Origin: Hamiltosporidium tvaerminnensis FI-OER-3-3
Lineage: Eukaryota; Fungi; Microsporidia
Assembly (NCBI GenBank): GCA_022605425.2
Contig: CM061255.1
Location: forward strand, 620,001 to 684,000
Direction: 5' to 3'
Length of the DNA stretch: 64,000 nucleotides
The position numbers and the translations under genes were made by a program. The notes below the pieces were generated by a model, which worked only from the letters and a program-made list of their open reading frames with translations, was not told where the DNA came from and made no database searches. Below, piece after piece: positions 36,730-49,331 of the stretch. The number at the start of each line of letters is the position of its first letter. Position 1 is the first letter of the stretch.

Positions 36730-39699
36730 TGTTATTATAAAAATATAAACTAAGAGTAAATTTCTCTGAAATATAAAATGTTTTGATAACATTCAAATTT
36801 ATCATGATTGAAAATACATAGAATACACGAGAATATACATTTTAGGCTTAAGACTAGTTTTACAAAGCTAAGATGATTTAACTTGAAATAACAGCATTTG
36901 TACTATTTTAGATAATCAATGCATATACTTGAGAAGAAAATATTAGAAATGTTGTAAGAAACCACTACTATTTTTTTTAATAAAATATTCCTTGTTAAAA
37001 TAAAATGATTATATAATTAGATTTAAATTTTAGTTATAATTTATATACTATTATTAGGATTTCAAGCTAATTGAATTACTACTGCCGTATCGTTCATTTT
37101 GAATTATATTTTATGAATTTCAAAAATATGATTAGACATTATTTGAAGCATCAAAGAGGTCAGTTTATAAACACATAGCAAATATAAATAGTTCTATGAA
37201 TGAATAAATCTTATAGGTCGAGAGCGCTTCGGGTAATGAATGAAAAAACAGATACGGCAGAAAATAAGTAAGACAGCAGAATTAAAAAGAAATCACCTTT
37301 TCTATTTCATTATACATGAAATTTAGAAGATTATGATGCTTTCGAATATCTAAGAATGCTAATGCCTGGTATGAGAAATTTTTTTGAAGAAGAATTCCGG
37401 AGAAACACGATAGAAGCAAAATAAGCTATTTGTTGCACGTACAATTGAATTCAATTGAAACATAGCTGTTTTAATAATGCTAAATTCACCGAGTTTAAAG
37501 CCGAATTGCTGATGTTTTGGCTTTTAAATACCCTGTTTGGATAAAAACCAGGGGTATAAGAGTTGAGTGAATCAAATTCGCATATAATATAATTCTCTTA
37601 GGAAAAATAAATATAAAATTTATATTTGTTGAAATTCTGCTTTAGAATTATTTTGAAATATTTTAGCTCTAGCAATCTCTTTTTGGTAAAAAATTATAAT
37701 TGAAAATCCAGCTATTATGGCCTTTATTCTTCCTAAAAAAGAGAATTTTGTATTTAGAACCAAAAAAACCGATTCAATATAAAAATTTATGAAATTTCTC
37801 AAGATAATACAAATTTAAGAAGAGCATTGGATGATTTGTAAAAATCTACGGTAAAAAAAATAAAAAAAATATTTTTAGCAGAAATTTAACAAAAATAGAT
37901 TTCATTATAGATAGTTCGATATATTTTAGCATCTAATTTTTATATCTGATATTTTTTTTAGATCATTGGAGTAAGTATAAGTACTGTAGTAGTTTCGGAG
38001 GAAAGTTACACGTTTTTAAGACATAAATACAGAAAAAAAAAATTTAAAAGGACAAAATATTCATTTTTTAAGTTAGTTTCTATCTGAGTGATGTTCATAA
38101 ACCCCATGAATATTTACCTAAGAATTTGCTAGTAAATAATAAATACGTATTTTCATTCGATATGTTGTATCCACAACAAATTTATACCTTAAAAAACAAT
38201 CGTACTTGAAACTCGATTAAATACACTAAAGACTTAGAAAAAATATGTGTATAGATTATTGAAATAAAAGAAGCAAAACGCGTATATTTCAAATATTTGT
38301 ACAGCTATTTAAGATTAGTCTTTCGAACACAAATACTATTACACAGAAAATTTATACTTTAAAATTATTTACAGAATCGTTAACACTTTAAAAAATAGCT
38401 TTTAAGCACAAATTAGTAAATCTAGAATGTTAAATATAAATTGGAAAAACCTGATAATGTATATGATTATATAGTCATAAATATAAAGACTAAAAAAATC
38501 AGGACAGTAAAAATTTCAAAAATCTATTTAATATGTTATCATATTTTAAAAAATTAGTTTGTTTGTAATGGTTTTATCAATAAAAAAAATGATTTCTGGC
38601 AGAGTATGTCTAGAATATAATCTTAATATAAGTTTAAAATACCTTTTTTTATTTTTTCTATATATCACGTTCATATATTTTAGCTGTTTTTAGAACCTAG
38701 TTACTGGTCATATTCTCTTCGTATATCCTGCCATAAAATTTAATATGTAAGCATATATCTTTTGTAAGGTATATGTAGCCTCATAGAAGTCTCATAAAGT
38801 ATTTTATAACATCTCATTATTGGTAATTCAAAAATTAATCTTTTGGATACTTATATCTTACTATAAGTCTATAAGTATTTTCAAAGTTGTGAAATTCGTT
38901 TATTTTTTGGTTCTACTGCACGAAAAAAATCTTCAAAAATGCTTCTACATCGAATGCGTGCTTTTTTTATTAAATTTACTATTTAAATTGAATATACCAA
39001 GTCAATATTATGAATTCATAGTCGTTTTAATTCAGATGACTACTATATCTTTGCTGCTACTTAAAAGAAATTTTTGGATATATGACTCCAGATTCGTCAT
39101 GACCATTAATATATATTTAAAAAAACTAGCTTTAGATGAGAAAATTCACATTTTTTTGTCTGATATAGAATTTTTAAGGAGTTATAACTGTAAGTCCAAA
39201 CTAATCCTATAAATAGCAGAAAAGTTGAAACTGACAATTTTTTTTTTCTGCTTCCTTATAGATATAAATATTGAATAAAGAAAAAAACATTTATTAAATT
39301 CAAGAATACTCATTACATAACCTTTTTAGATATGTAAACAACACTGTTTAGCTTTTTTTGTGCCTTATCTAATCCTAAAGGTCGATTTAGTGCTGCAATT
39401 TTGTTATTTGTGTTTACTAGGGGAGTTTTTTTACAAAGTTTTACAAAAATCAAATCTTTTTTATGTTTAAAACTTCGGCTACGTCAGTCGCATTTTTCTG
39501 TTAATTTTGACGATTCAAAGGTCGCAAAGAGCAAATGTTTACTTCAAAACAAAACAAGTAAATATATTTCCAAGGGCTTTTTTAGGTAGGAAAAGGCTCA
39601 ATAGTTATGCTGTTATAGTCGACGACAAAAAAATGCCATACAGTAGTAAATTTTAGAAAAATATTTAAAAAATCAAAAATAGTAACAAAAAATTTTTTA

Positions 39700-41664
39700 T
39701 TAACTATAACATCCTTCCTCGCTTGCTTTATTTTCTATCTTTAAGACTTCGGCTACTTTTAAATAATATTCATATCTTTTCTTACTTTTATCATCATTGG
39801 AACCTGTACATTCTAAGGCACCATTTATGGCTTTGGTTGTAGCACCAAACTGGTTATCAGAAACACCGGGCGCATTTCTTACATTTTGTACCCAAAACCA
39901 GACGGATGTTTGAGCACCAATTTTAACATCTTCAGCAACCATTTCGGGTTTCATCACAAGCTCTTCGCCCATTCCAATACCTTCAGAAGCCGCCTTATAA
40001 TTTGCTGCCCATGAAAGTTGCATGAAACCTCTCCCATGGTATGATTTATCAGGTTGTCCCGTCCCATCATCGTATTGTGAAGCACATGATGTTCCCCCCT
40101 GACAAGCTTCTTCTTCAGTTTTTGTTAAACCGACTGATTCATGTATTATTTGTGCAACGAACATTGCGCCTTCATCTCGTTTGAAGGATTCTTTTTTCAT
40201 TGCTTCAGCTACTGCATCACAATTTTCTTGTGGTGGAGAAAATCCACATGCAGAAGCGCTTTCCATTATTTCCTGAGCCGAGATATCACCGCCAGATGAA
40301 GAAGATCCACCGGATGATCCTCCAGAGGAACCCTCATCTTGTTTTGACAATAATTTCTGAGATTTTTCGTAACTTTCATTCCTTAAAAAATAATTCTTTA
40401 AATCGGAATTTATATTTTTAGAGACCGATTCCCCAAGATTTGATTTGTTTTTTGCATGGATTTCATGATCGTTAAAATTATTTTCATTGAACTTTACATT
40501 CCCGTTTTTGTTGCTAGAATCGAATAAATTAGAATTGTTTTTTTCTGAATTATTTTTTGTTGCATTTGCTTCGATTTCTTTTTTCATAAATTCCGTATCA
40601 AAAATAACATTCGATTTGTTCACAATATTGTGATCTTTCTTCATATTAATATCATTAGACAAATTTTCGAAATTTATATTTCTGAAATTTGTTTCTTTAA
40701 CTTCTTTGTCATTGGATTCTATAAAATTGCTGGTTGCTGGAGAACTAATCATAGTAGGCAAGTTCATAGGAATGAGAGGTTTAATGCATTGAAGAGAAAC
40801 GGTACCGGGTATTACTTCACCGTTGCTCGTTTGTGCCGAGGAAATGCTTTGTGGACTTGGTGAATTCGATGTAGAAGACATCGACTGACTTGATATATTA
40901 GAAGAAGAAACATTACTTGATGAACCAGTTGGTATCCCACTAGTCTTAGTTATATTTATCGGAATAGGAATTATTTGATTGTTTTTTTGTATATTTTTTT
41001 TTGCAGTAACGATTTCGACTTTGATTTCAGACGGGGCCATTTTATTTGTAACTGTAACAGTTGTTGTTATTTCCTTGGTCTGTGTTTTGGCGTCTTTACT
41101 GGTTTTTTCTGTAAAATTTTCAGTTTGTGGTTTATTTTGAGAATTAATAATTGTTCGAATGAATGTTTCCGTTATTGTTCTAAGATTAATGTTCTCTTTT
41201 TCTGGCTTCATTATTAAAGTACTGAAAATTGTGGTAATGGATGGAATGACTTCTCTTTTATCCAAAAAACATCCATCACATTTACTCATAGTAACCTTTT
41301 CATCTTTATTTAATACATCCTTGTTCAAATTACCAATTCCATTTTTTGCATTATCGAAATATCTACCTTTTTCAATGGCTTCCATATCTTTGTTTTCGTT
41401 ATCAAGTACGTCGAAAATCTTTTCAATATCATTATGTTCAGTTTCTTGGTTAATTTTTCTTTCAATATTCCTTTCCTTTACACAGGTTAATCCACCATTT
41501 CTTAATTCGCATCTTGTATTTTCTGGACAATCTACAATAATCCAATTACCTTCTACATCACATACGTGCATTGAATTATCTTTACATTCCGAAGAACCCG
41601 GCAAGCAAATATCTCTTTGAATACTTATTCCTAAATATCCCAAAAGAATACCGAAAAACATCAT
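39700..41664 (-). CDS. Secreted GH19 chitinase with N-terminal Cys-rich (chitin-binding-like) domain
   Basis: Signal peptide, 6-Cys module, T/S/N-rich linker, GH19 motifs AQIIHES, YHGRGFMQLSWAANY, WFW, FGATTKAINGALEC. Confidence 0.92.
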   Translation of the reverse strand: MMFFGILLGYLGISIQRDICLPGSSECKDNSMHVCDVEGNWIIVDCPENTRCELRNGGLTCVKERNIERKINQETEHNDIEKIFDVLDNENKDMEAIEKGRYFDNAKNGIGNLNKDVLNKDEKVTMSKCDGCFLDKREVIPSITTIFSTLIMKPEKENINLRTITETFIRTIINSQNKPQTENFTEKTSKDAKTQTKEITTTVTVTNKMAPSEIKVEIVTAKKNIQKNNQIIPIPINITKTSGIPTGSSSNVSSSNISSQSMSSTSNSPSPQSISSAQTSNGEVIPGTVSLQCIKPLIPMNLPTMISSPATSNFIESNDKEVKETNFRNINFENLSNDINMKKDHNIVNKSNVIFDTEFMKKEIEANATKNNSEKNNSNLFDSSNKNGNVKFNENNFNDHEIHAKNKSNLGESVSKNINSDLKNYFLRNESYEKSQKLLSKQDEGSSGGSSGGSSSSGGDISAQEIMESASACGFSPPQENCDAVAEAMKKESFKRDEGAMFVAQIIHESVGLTKTEEEACQGGTSCASQYDDGTGQPDKSYHGRGFMQLSWAANYKAASEGIGMGEELVMKPEMVAEDVKIGAQTSVWFWVQNVRNAPGVSDNQFGATTKAINGALECTGSNDDKSKKRYEYYLKVAEVLKIENKASEEGCYS

Positions 41665-43725
41665 ATAACACGAAATAAAACAAGATATATTCCTTTATCT
41701 GATTCATTGTAAGATATTCATAATTAGTCATAATTATTAAATTTGAACTGGTTGATATACTACCTTAAATAGTTATTATATTGTCGATTGATCAAAAAAA
41801 ATTGTGTTTGTTTATCAATTAGCTCTATATAGAAAGTACTTAAGATTTTTCTTTTAATAGAAACCTATTTCATTACAAAAATAAATTAGTATGTGAAACA
41901 AAATATATGAGATATTATTAGGTAAGAAGATTAAAAAAAACAAAGAACCAAAATCTATTAGTAAGTTTCTGTATTAAGATTTGGAAAAATTGCTTTAAAA
42001 TAAATTAATTAAAAGATTGTATTTACTTGCTAATGATTTTAATCTTCAAATTTTTTTTAGTTTTATTAAATAGCTCTTTGATTTAAAATTTCCAAAAACA
42101 CAATAAGAATTTCATATAAATTTATTTAAATACTTTTAATGTGTTATATTTCTTTTTCTAAGACTGAATCAACATCAAAACGCATTTTATAATAAAATAT
42201 TTCATAAAAGTTTTTTTTAAAATATTTGTCAATTATCCCATTGTTTAGAAACCGTCAAGAATGAATTTCAATATAATCCTATAACTCATTTTTTTAAAGA
42301 AAATATTGTAAATATCCTTTAACTAATATTTTTGCTTTCTTTCAAAAATTAAAAATCATTAGATAAATTAAATATTTAATTCTGTAAATATAAAGTAAAA
42401 TTTAAATTCAATGACATGATAAAATATATTTAAGTTATGTTGAAATATTTCCTTAATATTTGCATTTAAATTTTTAAACTGTATTCACAAGTATAAAATA
42501 TAAATTGAGTATTTGTTACTAAAAAAGTAAAGAAATATGTATTTGTCCAATAATCTCTAATATCATTTTGACGGTGAAAAATGTATTCTTAAAAAATAAA
42601 TATATATAGAATAGGTATTCTAATGCCCGAAAAATATTTTTTTAGGGAAGAATAGATGTATCGTTATTGTTTCAATAAACTTAAATCCTCTACAGAATTA
42701 TTTAAAAATTTTATTGTAAATATTGTAAATCAAATAATTGAATTGAATAGACATTTAGAAAGAGATATTAGTAATTACATATTGTAACTAAATCTAGAAA
42801 ATAATTTGGAAATTATTTCTTAATATATTATTCATTGGAACAAAAATATAGATATTTTTGATCAAAGCTAGATCTAATAAGTTGGTTTGTTAATTTTTTT
42901 ATTACTAACCTGATTATTTATATTTTTAATTGATTTTAGTTTTTTCTCTAAAAAAATTATTAATTTTGTATCCGTAAAAAATCTAGTCAAACGTGGTAAT
43001 TTAAATTATCATAAGAAATAATTTTCTCGAAATTATTTTTGTAAATAAAAATATATTCCACACCAAAACATCTCAAATTCTGTCAAATCAATCAAATGTC
43101 AAATCACAATATTTTAGAATTTATGTTTACCACCAAAATTTATTTTAATCATGTATTACATCTATAATTAATACTAATGGTTAATTAATTATATCACAAA
43201 AAGATCAAGAAACCAAAAATAATCTGTAATTTATATATTAACATACAAAAATAAAATATTTAGAAAATTATTCAATCAAAAAAAATATCACAACTCTCTG
43301 GAAGCATGATTGTGAATAAAAGTGTTCTAAACACCCAAATTAGAAACTAAATACTGATTTGAACTACAGATTAATAAAAACAGTTATTAGATTACCTTGC
43401 TCTATAAAACCATGAATATTGGTGCAAATTTCATTAAAGCTATGCAAAACAGCTAAACTTAAATATTTTACACCCTAGAACAAAGGAAGCGAGATTCATA
43501 ATTTTAGTGTTAAACATGCTTTATTAAGTTTTCTTGAAATTTTTTTAAAGATATAAAAGAATGACAACATATAATATAATGGGAAATTTATTCTAACGAA
43601 ATTTTTCAAAAACACTTCATTTGGATGTGAAAAAGATATAATGGCATCCTTTTAATGCTACTTAAACATCCATATAACTAACAAGCCTTGGATATAAATC
43701 ATATATTTACCTTAATTATAATCAT

Positions 43726-45942
43726 CTAGTAACATCCTTCCTCACTCGCTTTATTTTCTATCTTTAAGACTTCGGCTACTTTTAAATAATATTCATATCT
43801 TTTCTTACTTTTATCGACATTGGAACCTGTACATTCTAAAGCACCATTTATTGCTTTGGTTGTAGCACCAAACTGGTTATCAGAAACACCGGGTGCTGGT
43901 CTAACTCTTTCAATCCAATACCATACAGAAACCTGGGCAGCAATTTTAGGATCTTCTGATACTAAGTGAGGATTATGAAGTAATTCATCGCCCATTCCAA
44001 TACCTTCAGAAGCTGCCTTATAATTTGCAGGCCATGAAAGTTGAATGAAACCTCTTCCATGGTATGATTTTCCTGCTCCACCAGTGCCATCATCGTATTG
44101 TGAAGCACATGATGTTCCCCCCTGACAAGCTTCTTCTTCGGTTTTTGAAAGACCAGAACTTTCATGAATTAATTGTGCGATAAACATGGCGCCTTCCTCT
44201 TTACTTTCAAATTTTCCTTTCATTGCTTCTGCCACTGCATCACAATTTTCTTGTGGCGGTGAAAATCCACATGCAGAACAACATTCCATTATTTCTTGAG
44301 CTGAGATATCCCCACCAGATGATGATGAAGAAGAACCACCAGATGATTTTCCAGAAGAAGAGCCACTTGAATTTGGGCTGCTCGATGACCCACCTGGCTT
44401 TGTACTACTACTGGATTCTGAACTACTTCCACCTGCACCACCAGGTGGCGTTCCACCCGCTGCACTTCCTCCGGTGCTTTTACTTCCACTGCTCCCACCG
44501 CTACTCCCACTACTGCTTCCGCTGCTACTCCCACTACTGATTCCGCTGCTACTCCCACTACTGATTCCGCTGCTACTACCACCGCTACTACCGCCACTAC
44601 TCTTACCTGAAGTTGCTCCTGCACTTCCTCCACTTGGACTTCCGTTACTTCCTCCACTTGGACTTCCGCTACTTCCTCCGCTTTTACTTCCGCTACCTCC
44701 TCCGCTGCTTCCTCCACTTGGACTTCCTCCGCTGCTGCCACCACTTTTACCTCCGCTACCTCCACCTGTACTTCCTCCACCAGCACTTCCTCCACTAGCA
44801 CCTCCTCCACTAGCACCTCCTCCACCACCTTTACTTCCGCTCCCTCCTCCTCCGTTGCTTCCTCCACTTGGACTGCCTCCACTAGCACCCCCTCCACCAC
44901 CTTTACTTCCGCTCCCTCCTCCACCAGCAGCTCCACTTCCTGCACCCTCCTGTTTGCTCCCATTTCCACCAGAACCTCCAATTCCGCCTCCCGCAGCCCC
45001 AGAACCTCCACTTCCTCCTCCACCACCTCCACCACCTCCACCTACTGGTTGCTGTAAATTATTTCCTACATTTATTGGACCAGGCATTGTGATTGTTGGC
45101 TGAATAAATGGACATACTACACCGCCAACACCACAACCCTTATTTTTATTATCCTGTTTCTCATGCTGTACAGAAGCAGTTGTATTTCCTTTTTCTCTTA
45201 TAATTTCAAATTTTATATTTGATGGTATCAAACGAGAAGTAACCGTGACTGTTTTTTCCCTCACTTGATCAATATTCTTGCCATTTGCATTGTTATTAGC
45301 TTTATCCTCTGTTTTATTGTCTTTACAATTATTATCCTTGCAGTCTTTGATCTCTTTTATCGAATTAGCTCCAATATTATCTTTACAATTATTATCCTTA
45401 CAGTCTTGAATAGCCTTGGTCGTAATATTATTCGGATTTTCATTCTTAGTATCCTTACAATTATTATCTTTACATTCTTTAGTCTGCATAATTGTCTTAG
45501 TCTCCAGAATAGCCTTATTGTCAGCATTACTATCCTTACAATTACCATTGCACTTACCATTACCTTCATTCATTCTATTCGTTTTTATTGCCCCACTGTC
45601 AACTGTTCGTGTCACAGTAGTTGTAACAACTTTGTCTTCTTTACTTCTATTTCGATCTTTAAAATTTTTAAATTTAAATTTTTTATTTTCTTTTTTGTCC
45701 CTTCCCTTATCATCCGAATACTCTTCTTCACTATAAGTATCTTCTTCTTCTATATCTTCCTTCTTTACGCATTTCGGTGTGGTTTCTTCTATTTCACACA
45801 CACTACCCTCTGGACAGTCGACAGATATCCAGTTACCATTAATATCACATACGTGCATAGAATTATCCTTACATTCTGATGAGCCTGGTAAACACTTGTC
45901 ACGTTGATATGTCGTCAGTAGCAGTAATAGGAACGTAAGCAT
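43726..45942 (-). CDS. Secreted GH19 chitinase paralog with Gly/Ser-rich linker
   Basis: Same architecture; AQLIHES, YHGRGFIQLSWPANY, WYW; CKDNNCKD repeats; ~245-aa G/S linker. Confidence 0.93.
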   Translation of the reverse strand: MLTFLLLLLTTYQRDKCLPGSSECKDNSMHVCDINGNWISVDCPEGSVCEIEETTPKCVKKEDIEEEDTYSEEEYSDDKGRDKKENKKFKFKNFKDRNRSKEDKVVTTTVTRTVDSGAIKTNRMNEGNGKCNGNCKDSNADNKAILETKTIMQTKECKDNNCKDTKNENPNNITTKAIQDCKDNNCKDNIGANSIKEIKDCKDNNCKDNKTEDKANNNANGKNIDQVREKTVTVTSRLIPSNIKFEIIREKGNTTASVQHEKQDNKNKGCGVGGVVCPFIQPTITMPGPINVGNNLQQPVGGGGGGGGGGSGGSGAAGGGIGGSGGNGSKQEGAGSGAAGGGGSGSKGGGGGASGGSPSGGSNGGGGSGSKGGGGGASGGGASGGSAGGGSTGGGSGGKSGGSSGGSPSGGSSGGGSGSKSGGSSGSPSGGSNGSPSGGSAGATSGKSSGGSSGGSSSGISSGSSSGISSGSSSGSSSGSSGGSSGSKSTGGSAAGGTPPGGAGGSSSESSSSTKPGGSSSSPNSSGSSSGKSSGGSSSSSSGGDISAQEIMECCSACGFSPPQENCDAVAEAMKGKFESKEEGAMFIAQLIHESSGLSKTEEEACQGGTSCASQYDDGTGGAGKSYHGRGFIQLSWPANYKAASEGIGMGDELLHNPHLVSEDPKIAAQVSVWYWIERVRPAPGVSDNQFGATTKAINGALECTGSNVDKSKKRYEYYLKVAEVLKIENKASEEGCY

Positions 45943-46505
45943 TATGTTTATATTTTTGTACTAAAAAAAATACTTTTTATCTTTTTTGTTTCATGTAGAG
46001 AATTTAAAACGAATGTTTTAGAAATGTTTTAATTGATTAAAAAATAGTATTTTATATTCAAATTAATCTAATATAGCAGTACTTTGTTTGTGCTAAAAAA
46101 AATATATTTTAATATTATTAATACTTTATACTTGATGCATTCTAATTTGCCTTCTTTAAATATTTAAATTTGTGTTTTAGTCTTTCTAATGAGTTTTTTT
46201 ACTTTCATTTATACACATATACTTCTTTATTTATACTTCCTTTGTTCTGCTTTCTTTCTTATACTTCACTATTTATATTTACCTTTCTTTCTTTCTTATA
46301 CTTCCATGTTTGTATTACTTATCATACTTACTTATATTTTCTTTAATTATACATCTTTTACTTCCACATCCACTTCATTACTTGTATTTACATTCTTTAC
46401 CAATTCATTCATTATTTGTGTTTCTTTAGTCATTAATTCTTTACATTCATATCTCTTCTTTTGAATTTGTATTTTTACAAAAAAAAATATGAAGAAACCC
46501 TAGAA

Positions 46506-47759
46506 ATGTCTCTATTAGTAGAAAAGTATCGACCATACTCTTTGACAGAAGTAATAGGAAATAAAGAAGCAATTAATACTTTGAAACTTGTATTGAGTTC
46601 TAACACACTTCCACACCTACTTTTTACCGGACCACCTGGTACTGGCAAGACCACATGCGCCAAAATATTAGGTAATCGGCTTTCTAAAGATTTACTTGAA
46701 TTAAACGCATCAGATGATCGAGGAATCGATGTTGTCAGAACCAAAATTAAAAACTTTACTCTTAGAAAAGTAGATCCCAAAAACAATTTAACAAATAAAA
46801 CCAACCCTAACCCTTCCCTAACCCCAAATACACGCATAAACAGTTATAAAATAATTATTTTAGATGAAGCAGATTCTATGACCACAGCTGCACAACAAGC
46901 ACTACGTAGAATAATGGAGACTTCTAAAGACACTCGTTTTATTCTTATCTGTAACACGTTTAGCAAAATATATGAACCAATACAAAGTAGATGTGCTGTA
47001 ATTAAATTTGAAAGAATATCTGACACAGAAATACAACAAAGACTTTCTTTTATAATTGAAAAAGAAAATATTCAAGTAGAAGAGGGTGTTATTCAAACAA
47101 TAAGTGATTTATGTGAAGGTGATATGAGACAAGCCATTAACACCCTTTCATCTGTTGTATTTACTAAACAACACCCCATTGAAAACCCTTTAAAAGAAAA
47201 GGAGAATATAAAAGCAACAAATATTACTAACAAGGAAGATACTACAAATATAGAAGTACCAATAATAACACCCTCTAAGGATGATAATGAAAACCATAGT
47301 AAATTAACACATTGTAATTATAATACCTGTAATTTAACACCCTCTAAGGATAATAATGAATTGGATAGTAAATTAACACATGTTAATCATAATACCTGTA
47401 ATTTAACACCCTCTAATAATAATAATGGAAACTATACTATTTTAAAACCCTTTAAAGTTACTACCGATTACATTACTAAAATAACGGGGGTTCCTTCTCC
47501 TACAAAAGTAAAAAGCATTTTAAATCTTTTATTACAAAAGAATGAAGAAGAGGCATTAAAAGAGTTTGAAGAAATATGGAATCTAAAATATGACCCTGTT
47601 GATATTATAAGTGCATTTTTTAGAACTGCAAAATATTTAGAAAATTATGAATTAATTAAAGCCATTGGAATGTGTCATGTACGTATTAATGAGGGTTTTA
47701 ACAGTAAAATACAGTTCTATGGAATGTTTTATGATATACTAAATATAAAGGGGTGTTAG
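46506..47759 (+). CDS. RFC4: Replication factor C small subunit (yeast Rfc4 / human RFC2 type)
   Basis: VEKYRP, GPPGTGKTT, LELNASDDRGIDVVR, ILDEADSMT.AAQQALRR, IQSRC. ATG at 46506 preceded by accct. Confidence 0.93.
   Translation: MSLLVEKYRPYSLTEVIGNKEAINTLKLVLSSNTLPHLLFTGPPGTGKTTCAKILGNRLSKDLLELNASDDRGIDVVRTKIKNFTLRKVDPKNNLTNKTNPNPSLTPNTRINSYKIIILDEADSMTTAAQQALRRIMETSKDTRFILICNTFSKIYEPIQSRCAVIKFERISDTEIQQRLSFIIEKENIQVEEGVIQTISDLCEGDMRQAINTLSSVVFTKQHPIENPLKEKENIKATNITNKEDTTNIEVPIITPSKDDNENHSKLTHCNYNTCNLTPSKDNNELDSKLTHVNHNTCNLTPSNNNNGNYTILKPFKVTTDYITKITGVPSPTKVKSILNLLLQKNEEEALKEFEEIWNLKYDPVDIISAFFRTAKYLENYELIKAIGMCHVRINEGFNSKIQFYGMFYDILNIKGC
47265..47425 (+). repeat. 69-bp (23-aa) coding tandem repeat within an RFC insertion
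   Basis: TPSKDDNENHSKLTHCNYNTCNL / TPSKDNNELDSKLTHVNHNTCNL / TPSNNN. Confidence 0.85.
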
Positions 47760-47950
47760 TAATATAGATAGTGATGTAAAGGGTGTTAATACAACTACTA
47801 ATATATAACAGGGTGTTATTATTCAGTAGTAATTTAATGTGATATAAAGGATGTTAGTATTATAGATAGTGATATAAAGGGTGTTAATACAACTACTAAT
47901 ATATAACAGGGTGTTATTATTCAGTAGTAATTTAATGTGATATAAAGGGT
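47745..47950 (+). repeat. GGGTGTTA-containing tandem repeat at the RFC 3' end
   Basis: ~100-bp unit duplicated (aagggtgttaatacaactactaat...cagggtgttattattcagtagtaatttaatgtgatataaagg). Confidence 0.85.
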
Positions 47951-48339
47951 TTTATTTATTTACTATCTTATTTCTATCTTATTACTGTAATTAAATCCCC
48001 TTTATTTATTACTTTTCTTAATGTGTCTTATTTCCATAAAAATATAATTTTTTACTTCAATTTATACATTTAAAGACAAATTAATTCAACCCCATGTTTA
48101 ATCGTTTTGTAACTCTAAAAAAGAAAATGTCTGATTGCTGGAATTTAATAGAAATAAAGAAATTTAGAAACAGATCTGACATATTAATGGATGTAAGTGT
48201 TATAACATATAATATATGCATATTAGTTATTAAAAGAAATACAACATTTGGTTATTTATTGATCGGTATTGAAATGATATATTATTTATTTATTAGAAGA
48301 AATATATGTCACAAGAAAGAAGAAATACAGAAATAAGAA

Positions 48340-48720
48340 TGTTTATTTCTTATTGAGAATAGTATTATTATTTGTATTTTATATAGAATTTCATAGAATA
48401 CGACACAATCGATGAATATTTCCTTCTGAAATAGAATAGTATTTGTATTTGATATAGATAGAATATTATAGAATATAGACACAATCGATGAATATTTCCT
48501 TCTGAAATAGAATATTACTTTATTGATTAAAACTATAGAACAGTAATAGAAACAACACACTCAAGAATATTTATTTCTTATTGAGAATAGTATTTATTGA
48601 TTAAAACTATAGAACAGTAATAGAAACAACACACTCAAGAATATTTATTTCTTATTGAGAATAGTATTGATTGATTAAATCTATAGAACAGCACAAGAAA
48701 ATAAACACAATCTAAGAATA
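48340..48720 (+). repeat. Intergenic tandem duplications
   Basis: gacacaatcgatgaatatttccttctgaaatagaat twice; tattgattaaaactatagaacagtaatagaaacaacacactcaagaatatttatttcttattgagaatagtatt 2-3 times. Confidence 0.8.
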
Positions 48721-49331
48721 TTTCAATTTTTTTATAAAGCATAAATTTTTTAAGATATTAATTAAATTTTTTATGCATTCTATAATATAGCATTTTTTTC
48801 TTAAATAAATATTTTTTCTATAATCTTCAATTGACTTATTTATAGAAAATTATTAATTTATTTTTTTACAAATATAAAATTGTATTATATAGAAACATTT
48901 TATATAAATCTTATAATTATTCTAAAAATATTTTTTTTAAAGTAAAATATACATATTCTAATAAATATACTTTCAAATAACCAACTAAATAACCACTTAA
49001 TTAATATATAGCTCTTTACTAAGAAGCAATTAATTGAAATTATTTTCCCTTATAAAATAATTATAAAATAAACCAATTAGGTAATCCAATAGCTACAACA
49101 AAAACAAATGAATCAAAAATTTAATAAACACCCTTAACAAACAATTAAGTAATCCAATGACTAATACTTTGACACCTTTAATAAACCTCTTTACCCACCT
49201 ATTAACTAATCAACTAAAAAATAAATTAAATATAAATCAATTATTTATTATATATTCTTTAACACATCACATCTCGTAATATTTAAATAAAAATTTTAAA
49301 TTTTGAAAAACTTAATAAATTAAAATTACTT

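Noticed and set aside
44223-45103. Pro/Leu-rich and Glu/Val-rich ORFs overlapping the second chitinase
   Set aside because: Antisense and alternate-frame shadows of the Gly/Ser repeat.
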